Shown piece by piece: positions 57,537-64,000 of a stretch of 64,000 bases of DNA; the stretch's first letter is position 1; each line of letters opens with the position of its first letter. The stretch lies in the IMG/VR virus record IMGVR_UViG_3300028172_000069. One strand, 5' to 3'. Below the pieces are notes generated by a model. The model worked only from the letters and a program-made list of their open reading frames with translations, searched no databases and was not told where the DNA came from. The position numbers were made by a program, and so were the translations under genes. The DNA comes from a virus. Its lineage: Duplodnaviria > Caudoviricetes.

Positions 57537-57862
57537 ACGCCTTCCTCCGGCACCAACACCTGCATGTAATGCGTGCTGTGCTCCATGATGATCTGGCGAG
57601 CGTAGAAGTCGAACAGCCAAATGGCGTACCACCAAGTGACAGGCTCCTTGCTCAAGTCCATGAACTCGAGGTCGAAGAACTCACCGTTGGCAGGATCGAA
57701 CGTACCGTCCTCGATCTGGTCGAACAGGACTTCGCACTTGGTTGCGTCAACAATGGCTTGCGCCACGTTCAGGTAAATCTCGTTGTACGCCTTCTGCCAG
57801 AGGTAGGCGAACAGGTAGTAGGCAACGAGCAGTCCACCGACAATCCAGATACTGTTCATCAT
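57533..57862 (-). CDS. hypothetical protein with N-terminal TM helix
   Basis: Coupled to both neighbours. Confidence 0.65.
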   Translation of the reverse strand: MMNSIWIVGGLLVAYYLFAYLWQKAYNEIYLNVAQAIVDATKCEVLFDQIEDGTFDPANGEFFDLEFMDLSKEPVTWWYAIWLFDFYARQIIMEHSTHYMQVLVPEEGV

Positions 57863-58677
57863 TCCACTCCATAGAATGCGTGGAGGATCCCCACCAGAGT
57901 CGTGAACACGTAGGTCAGTTCACGTTCCAGCAGGAGCTGTCGCAGATAGTGCTTCAGGTCATCCGGCTCCGTGATCACGCGGTCCCAAATATCCGTCAGC
58001 AGGACATTGACGACGCTCGCTTCCACTTCAATGAACGGAGCCAGCGCGGCCTGTGAGCGTAGCACCAGCGAGTCGCTATCGCTGAACAGCAGGTTCTGGC
58101 GGATCAGTGCCGACTGCTTGATCGCTGCCCGGTACTCGGTGCGAGTGATAAACTCCACGCCACCTGGCCGTTCATAGCACTGGGTCAACATCGACACGCC
58201 AGTAAGGGCAATGTAGATCACGTCCCGAATCACATGCACGCGAGCCTGCGACAGGTAGTCGAAGCCCAGCTCGTCGATCATCAGCTTGGACTTGATCTTC
58301 GGCCCCACAAGGTCCAGCGCGTAACGTGCGAGCTTCACGGAGGCGGCAAGCGCTTCCAAGTGCTCAGCGAGTTCGCGGCCTTCTTGAGTATCGACGACTG
58401 GCGTGTAGAGGTCATACTCTTGGCCGAAGCGCGGAATGTTGCGAGCCGCGAGCTTCATGCTTGGAGTTGAACAGCCTCCGTATTCCAGTAGCGCAACGGT
58501 GCTCCGCGTTGAAATCGGGAACAGCAAACCGACGGGCAAGCCGTTTGCATAGTGGACGCTGTGCGCTTGCGGGCATTTGTCCAACAGACTCCGCGGATCA
58601 GCGATTGCTTCCTCGCCTTGAGTGAGTTTCACCGCATCAACAATTGATTTCTCCGTGACACGTAGGTATAGTCCCAT
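57859..58677 (-). CDS. hypothetical protein
   Basis: 272-aa ORF at the head of the operon. Confidence 0.65.
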   Translation of the reverse strand: MGLYLRVTEKSIVDAVKLTQGEEAIADPRSLLDKCPQAHSVHYANGLPVGLLFPISTRSTVALLEYGGCSTPSMKLAARNIPRFGQEYDLYTPVVDTQEGRELAEHLEALAASVKLARYALDLVGPKIKSKLMIDELGFDYLSQARVHVIRDVIYIALTGVSMLTQCYERPGGVEFITRTEYRAAIKQSALIRQNLLFSDSDSLVLRSQAALAPFIEVEASVVNVLLTDIWDRVITEPDDLKHYLRQLLLERELTYVFTTLVGILHAFYGVE

Positions 58678-58679
58678 GT

Positions 58680-60110
58680 TCGAGTTATCCAGCTTTGTCG
58701 CATAGCGACGAGTTCTGATTTGTGCGAACTTTTCAGCCGCACGCCTTTTCGACCGCGGGCGAATAGCTTCCTTGTTACCTCACCCTAGCGAGTAGGCTCC
58801 TGAAAGCCGAAGGCTAAAGAAAAGACCACGACCTCCGAGCGAAGCGAGAGGTCAAAGAAATCCCACCGACAGCTACCAGCTACCAGTTCTCTCAACCAAT
58901 AGCTCTGGAACCTACGTTCCGACCTAAGCACTGAACAACTTTCAGAGGCGACCTGTTCACAAGGTGAATTCAGGAAGCAGACTTTGGCCTTTCGATTAAC
59001 GCCGGAGCGTTACGTTAAAGCACTGGAGGCAGTGCCCTAACGTAAATCCCCGTTGGTGTGCGGTGCTCGAAAGAGCTGGTGTCTTTCGGTACACGCTTCC
59101 CTCACTTCGTTCGGTCTGTGCCTTCGGCACATGGACTTTTCTTTCTCTATCGCTTCGCTTCGCTCCGCTGGTCCGTGCCTGAGTGTCACCCTGATGCGTC
59201 TTGGAAGACTTCCTGGGTAGGCGACGAATTACAGAGAAGCGCATTCTGAAAAGGCACCGTGTGTGCCGAAGGTGGAGAATGGAATGGTCAGATGAGGACG
59301 AACGGACGTGAGTGCGAAGATGCGAAGTAACTTCGTGAGTGTTGACAGTTCCTAAAACCAGCAAACTGAGGGGTCAGTGGTCATTTTTTGGACAATTTGG
59401 TTAAAAAATAACCGTCCGCTCTGGAAGCAGCGTGTGGACTGACTTCCAGCGTGGTCGAAGGCAAACAAAAACATGGTGAGAAACGACAGGTCCTCGTAGT
59501 CCTAGCGCAGCTACGCATACGCCTAGGAGGGTCACTTTGGAGCTTCAATGTTTTTCGTCCAAACAACTGCACTTTTACAACTGCAATCAGTAGTGCAGCC
59601 GCTTGGGTCGATTTGCTGTTTGGTCCATTCCTCGGCACCGCGGTTGCTCGGGGCGTGCACCAAATGCGAAAAGTTGGGTACTGCTGTAATCAGTAGTTTT
59701 GCTGTAATCAGTAGTGCAAACCGACGACTTTGCACGAGGCACTCATTTCCTGACGCTGGCGGTATGTCTGGCCTAGGCCTAGCGCGATTTCTCACTTTCC
59801 GAGGGGTCAAAAACGCTGTACAAAAATTGATCAAATCGCGAATTATATTTTCAAACGGGCGTTTGAACAGCCCTTCATACACACCAAAGCGAGGTCACTT
59901 TGCCAAGAAACGAACCTACACGCTAACCGCGGTCCTCTGTGGCATGGTACAGCGCGATTCCTCAGGACCGCACTTTTGAGGACGATCCTGAGAAACGCAC
60001 GAAAGGTCGCGTGGAACTAGCGTATCCTGACGAAACAAGCACCGACGGGATTTTTCGATTTTAGCTGCAATCAGTCGTGCAAATGCAGGTCCCGTGCGGC
60101 CAAAGCAGGT
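58680..60110. other. long non-coding region with mini-hairpins and iterated 17-mers; candidate replication origin
   Basis: No credible CDS; GCGAAGC/GCCGAAGGC hairpins in both orientations, AT-rich patches, four CTGYAATCAGTMGT repeats. Confidence 0.5.
59581..60081 (+). repeat. four copies of CTG(C/T)AATCAGT(A/C)GT(GCA)
   Basis: Copies at 59581, 59684, 59702 and 60065. Confidence 0.85.
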
Positions 60111-60112
60111 TT

Positions 60113-60439
60113 TCAGGAAATTTGAGCGACGTGGTTTTCACCGAGCTGGATCAGCGCGTCGGAGATTTCCTCTGCTCCGATTTCAGCACTATCGGCAGAA
60201 GCGTGCGCACGATTGCGATGCAGTGTCGCTGCAATCTCGGCGCGCACGTGGTTCCACACCTTCGTGAACTCGGTCGGGTTGTTGCCGATGATAGCGTCGG
60301 CAAGTTGGTCGCCGGTCTTCTGGCTCAAGAAAGGCATGACGGTGCGCAGCATGACGCTTCGCTTGTTCTTCCCTTTCTTCCCACCCTTGCGAGCGAGTGC
60401 CAGCATGTTGCCAACGATCTTCAGGTCACGGTTATTCAT
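60113..60439 (-). CDS. hypothetical protein
   Basis: SD GGAG before ATG 60439. Confidence 0.65.
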   Translation of the reverse strand: MNNRDLKIVGNMLALARKGGKKGKNKRSVMLRTVMPFLSQKTGDQLADAIIGNNPTEFTKVWNHVRAEIAATLHRNRAHASADSAEIGAEEISDALIQLGENHVAQIS

Positions 60440-60734
60440 TGATAGGCTCCACTTCGAGGTAAATGATTTCGGCACCCTTGTTGCGCAAGGTCATGGTGCC
60501 AATGTCGAATTGCTGAACGAGTTCTGGATGCAGCTGGTCGGGCTTCAAGCCGTGCAGAACGACACGCCCGATTGTACGGCCACGCAGCTTCACGGCTTCA
60601 CCGAGTTGGTTACGCACACCCATCAGGTTGGGAAAGTTGTAGCTCGACTCTGGATATGGTGCACGGTCACCCGGCTTGCGCACGATCACTGTGGTCACGG
60701 TGAGTTGCGGGTTTTCTTGCAGGATGGCTTCCAT
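60432..60734 (-). CDS. hypothetical protein
   Basis: 100-aa ORF coupled to the downstream gene. Confidence 0.65.
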   Translation of the reverse strand: MEAILQENPQLTVTTVIVRKPGDRAPYPESSYNFPNLMGVRNQLGEAVKLRGRTIGRVVLHGLKPDQLHPELVQQFDIGTMTLRNKGAEIIYLEVEPINE

Positions 60735-60746
60735 CTAGGTTTCCTA

Positions 60747-61859
60747 TCAGTAGAGTTTGAACCCGTACGCCAACAGGCGCAGGGCTTCGGTGGGTTGCAG
60801 CACTCGGGTTGAAACGCTCCACTCAAGGCGTCGCGTGCTCGCGGTGATCTTGCGCTCCTTGTCACGCACCTTGAGAGCGAGGTTCCGCTTCTTGATAATG
60901 ATGACGTCACCCGGCTCCACTTCGGAAAGCGATGGCGGCAGAATGACGTTAATGTCGCTGATGGTTGTCAGGCGCTCATAGTCCAGAGCCATTTGCTCGG
61001 CGCTGATGTTCGCGATGATCTTTGGCACCGACAGGTCGAACTCGATCACGACGTGGGTGAACTGCGAAGCCTTAACGAGAAACTCCAACGCCCGACCAGC
61101 ATGTGCTTTGAAATCGCGCAGGCCCAGCAGCGTACCATCGGTGTTGAACAGCTTACCTTGTGGCAGGTACTGGATGTTGTCGCGCACGCTGAACGTTACG
61201 CCAGCGAAATACTTCGGCACGATGGTCTTGAACTTCACCCAGCCTTGGCCGATGCTGTGCGCCTTGAACTTGTGCGGCTGCTCGGTGCTGTCAAGGAAGA
61301 ACCCATCAATGTCAGCCACTTCGTAGTTCGTGAACAGGAAGCGCTGCTTGCCATACGCTTTGTACGGCGGCACCATGCCTGTGCGGTAGCAGATGCCACA
61401 GTTTACGCTGCCGCCACCGAGCGCAGTATCGTCGTATTGCTGCGGCCCGTCGTCGATTTCCTCGAAGTGCGTGTGGCGTTCGCCGGTGACGTCAATCACC
61501 TCGTCGGCCGCATCGTTGAACACCTTCTCGGCAATCGACTCACCAAACACGTCGTCGTCCTGGAACTTCAACTTGATGCCGGAGTTGTCGCTGTGCTTGT
61601 GCGGAATCACAGGCGCCACGCCGGTGTCGTAGTCGTGCGACCCCAACGGCAGGACAGCCGTCTTCTCGCAGGTGCACGGCACACCGACGCGCTGCTGAAT
61701 GCTGTAGTAGTCGACCTCCACACCGTCAACGGCCAGCGAGTTCTCCACCTGACGGTTGAAAGGTGCAACGGTTTCATCCAGCCTGCGCTGGGCAATGTCT
61801 TGCGTGAAGTTCTTGGCATTCACGCGACTGATCGTGCGGGTACCACGTTTGATCGCCAT
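60747..61859 (-). CDS. hypothetical protein, probably virion structural, with Cys motifs
   Basis: SD GAGGAG before ATG 61859; GVPCTC and NCGICYRTG motifs; GTAATTT motif upstream. Confidence 0.65.
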   Translation of the reverse strand: MAIKRGTRTISRVNAKNFTQDIAQRRLDETVAPFNRQVENSLAVDGVEVDYYSIQQRVGVPCTCEKTAVLPLGSHDYDTGVAPVIPHKHSDNSGIKLKFQDDDVFGESIAEKVFNDAADEVIDVTGERHTHFEEIDDGPQQYDDTALGGGSVNCGICYRTGMVPPYKAYGKQRFLFTNYEVADIDGFFLDSTEQPHKFKAHSIGQGWVKFKTIVPKYFAGVTFSVRDNIQYLPQGKLFNTDGTLLGLRDFKAHAGRALEFLVKASQFTHVVIEFDLSVPKIIANISAEQMALDYERLTTISDINVILPPSLSEVEPGDVIIIKKRNLALKVRDKERKITASTRRLEWSVSTRVLQPTEALRLLAYGFKLY

Positions 61860-61948
61860 AGTGACTCTCCTCTTTGGGTAGTAAATTACTCCGTATGGTC
61901 GAGGTGCGAAATACTTATTTTGCCTCAAAGACTGATGGAGCGTTACCA

Positions 61949-62614
61949 ATGACTGAGTTACGCATCCTTGCAATGGACCCAGGCACCAGCAACTTCGCAG
62001 TGTCGATCATGCGCGTGCGGTACGTTCAGGGAAAGTTTCAATTCAAGTGCGAAGGCACGGCGATGCTGGACAAGGCGCGCCTGCTCAAGGACATGAAGAC
62101 CATGCGAGCCTCGCTCAAGCAGTTCGAGGACTACGTGCGCCCTTTGTTCGAAGGCCAGTATGACATTTTCGTGGCTGAGCGCTTCCAAGCCCGTGGCGGC
62201 AAAGGTCCAACCATCGAATCGGTGAACTGCATGCTCGGCCGTATGGCTGGCATGAGCGAGCACATCGAGACAGCAGACTTCATCACCGCTGGCGTCTGGA
62301 AGAACGAGTTCAACCGCCATGCAGACCTGAAGGAAATGTATCTGGACCTTGCTGAACTGCGCAAGGAGAACCGGGCCAACAAGCTGCCAGTGCCTATCGC
62401 CATTCACCAGCTGGACTCCATGTTGCTGGGTATCTACGCCGCGTGCAAGAAGCTTGGCATCAAGCCATTCAACTTCGTTAACACCCGTGCGAAGGAGGAG
62501 AAGCTCCTGCGTCGCCTGGCGTGCGCTCCGGCTCTCACCTGCCTTGCCCCAGCGCTCAAGGTTCCACGTCGCACAAGTCGGCGCAAAACCAAAAGTGTAA
62601 GGAAGCGTGCCTAA
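61949..62614 (+). CDS. RuvC-like Holliday junction resolvase
   Basis: RILAMDPGTSNFA, IFVAERFQ, HQLDS (RNase H-fold acidic residues); SD GGAG. Confidence 0.78.
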   Translation: MTELRILAMDPGTSNFAVSIMRVRYVQGKFQFKCEGTAMLDKARLLKDMKTMRASLKQFEDYVRPLFEGQYDIFVAERFQARGGKGPTIESVNCMLGRMAGMSEHIETADFITAGVWKNEFNRHADLKEMYLDLAELRKENRANKLPVPIAIHQLDSMLLGIYAACKKLGIKPFNFVNTRAKEEKLLRRLACAPALTCLAPALKVPRRTSRRKTKSVRKRA

Positions 62615-62664
62615 GGAACTGTAAAGGGAGACCAAGGAACGCTCAGGCGTTTAGGAGGTTTCCC

Positions 62665-63243
62665 ATGTTCAAATGTCCGCTCGACGAAGAGTACCGATTT
62701 CGGACTCAGTGTCGCATTACCACCTGCAAGATGTACAACGAGAAGACCAAGTGCAATTGCCTGAGCTTGGACACCAACTTCGCTGCTCACGATAAATCCA
62801 TCAGTGACTCCGAGCTGGTCCTCTACAAGTTTCCAGACAAAACTCCGCGTGAGGTCTCCTCGATACGCAAGCGCGCAGTCAGCCGAGTGCAGGCTGTCGT
62901 TGCGTTGCACACCCTCACCACAAAAATCCGTGCGAAGGAGCGACCTGAGGCGGGACTCAACACCAAGCTGATGAAGCTGCTCTCTGGAGAAGCCAGAAGG
63001 TTGTTGAAGAAGTCCTTCCGCAGCAAGCTCTTCCGTATCAAACATCTGGACTTTGAAGTCTGGATGATCCCATTCGTGCTCGACAAAGAGTACGCAAACG
63101 AAGTCGTGCCTGATTTCGACCGCTTCGCCATCCATTTGCTTTTCCGATGGACTGCGAAGGAGCTTGAGATTGTTGCAGACTCCCTTAATGAAGCGAGGAA
63201 CCATCGTGGCCAAAGTAAAATTCACTCCCAGAACCATTCGTGA
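62665..63243 (+). CDS. hypothetical protein with Cys-rich N-terminus
   Basis: SD AGGAGG; C-x10-C-x3-C-x8-C pattern; ACTGTAAA motif upstream. Confidence 0.7.
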   Translation: MFKCPLDEEYRFRTQCRITTCKMYNEKTKCNCLSLDTNFAAHDKSISDSELVLYKFPDKTPREVSSIRKRAVSRVQAVVALHTLTTKIRAKERPEAGLNTKLMKLLSGEARRLLKKSFRSKLFRIKHLDFEVWMIPFVLDKEYANEVVPDFDRFAIHLLFRWTAKELEIVADSLNEARNHRGQSKIHSQNHS

Positions 63244-63811
63244 AGCTGAACGCGATACCGACGACAGCCGCCTGTTCGTACTGAACCGCAGCAATCCTGC
63301 CGGTAACATCAACTTCAACGTCACCGACAGCGCTGGCGAGCGTATCGTGGTCAGCCTGCCGTTGACCTCGGCTCCTGTCGACCTGTCGAACTTCGTCGAG
63401 AAGGTGAGCATCCTGCGTAACCCGGACTTCCGTCGCATGGTCTCCAAGACCGCGATCGTCCTGATCGACAACGACGAAGCCGAGAAGTTCATCACCACCG
63501 ACGAGCGCGGCATCGCCGAAACCAAGCGTATCTACCAGGTCATCGAAGGTGACGAAGACCTCGAAGCTGGCATGGCTCAGATCGCGCAAGACCTGAAGCT
63601 GAAAGCCAGCCTGGGCGTCGAGTCCGAAAACCCTTTCATCGAGTCCATCGTTCTGCGCTCGAAGAAAGACGAAGAAGACGTTGCCGACCTGATCAGCGAA
63701 GTGGACAGCAAGAAGCACACCCTGACCAAGGAAGACTTCGAGTACCTGGCCGCACACGCCGGTCACAGCGACCTGAAGGAATACGCCAGCTCCGAGCTGG
63801 AAGACCTGTAA
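63206..63811 (+). CDS. hypothetical acidic protein, probably highly expressed
   Basis: SD GAGG before GTG 63206; strong codon bias; terminator follows. Confidence 0.75.
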   Translation: MAKVKFTPRTIREAERDTDDSRLFVLNRSNPAGNINFNVTDSAGERIVVSLPLTSAPVDLSNFVEKVSILRNPDFRRMVSKTAIVLIDNDEAEKFITTDERGIAETKRIYQVIEGDEDLEAGMAQIAQDLKLKASLGVESENPFIESIVLRSKKDEEDVADLISEVDSKKHTLTKEDFEYLAAHAGHSDLKEYASSELEDL

Positions 63812-63825
63812 CGTCGGCGTTCGCG

Positions 63826-63861
63826 CAAAGAAAAGGGAGACCATGTGGTCTCCCTTTTTTA
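63826..63861 (+). terminator. intrinsic (bidirectional) terminator
   Basis: AAAAGGGAGACCA-TG-TGGTCTCCCTTTTT. Confidence 0.8.
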
Positions 63862-64000
63862 GGTCTCCGATTGGAGAAAAGTTTGTAGATTGGACGCCAA
63901 AAAATAGGGAGGCCAAACGAATGGTCCTCCCTATAATGGATACAGCAACATATCGAGCCAACCACTTCGCACCTTGAACATGATGCCAAACGTTCTGCCC

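Noticed and set aside
59581-60081. Repeats as a CRISPR array
   Set aside because: The 17-mers have irregular spacing (18, ~100 and ~360 nt), there are no uniform spacers and no cas genes.
1-64000. Stop-codon reassignment
   Set aside because: Genes end cleanly at TAG, TAA and TGA (e.g. TAG at 1651), conserved proteins are full length and coding density is high under code 11.

Overview
This is a 64-kb segment of a large (jumbo-type) tailed phage genome with GC3-biased codons and the standard genetic code. Almost all genes are on the minus strand until about 61.9 kb, where a divergent plus-strand block starts. It encodes: (1) virion genes: contractile tail sheath, a 1524-aa fibre with about 12 Ig-like repeats and a short paralog, and putative neck/structural proteins; (2) a replication/recombination set: NAD-dependent ligase, UvsW-like SF2 helicase, beta-clamp, clamp loader, family A polymerase with an N-terminal UDG-like domain, SbcCD/gp46-47, RuvC-like resolvase and a ~1980-aa SNF2 ATPase; (3) a histone-H1-like protein, a J-domain protein, an HNH nuclease, an M15 peptidase and a PG-binding protein. 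Two regions stand out. The first (45.4-49.5 kb) is a candidate DNA hypermodification operon: ParB-like protein, C5-cytosine MTase with motif X Asn replaced by Arg, CmoA carboxy-SAM synthase, and an Asn-synthetase-like ATPase, which together predict carboxymethyl-cytosine plus amidation. The second (52.5-55.7 kb) is an RNA island: five tRNA genes (one a Lys-body/Asn-anticodon hybrid), a hammerhead ribozyme with a T-arm-like insertion placed just upstream of an ~790-nt ORF-free, multiply pseudoknotted RNA, and several smaller structured RNAs. Nearby are candidate anti-defence genes (Tad2/DUF2829-like, stand-alone ubiquitin-like protein) and a 1.4-kb hairpin- and repeat-rich non-coding region that may be the replication origin. 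All family assignments come from motifs read by eye and RNA pairings found by eye; no database search or folding program was run.
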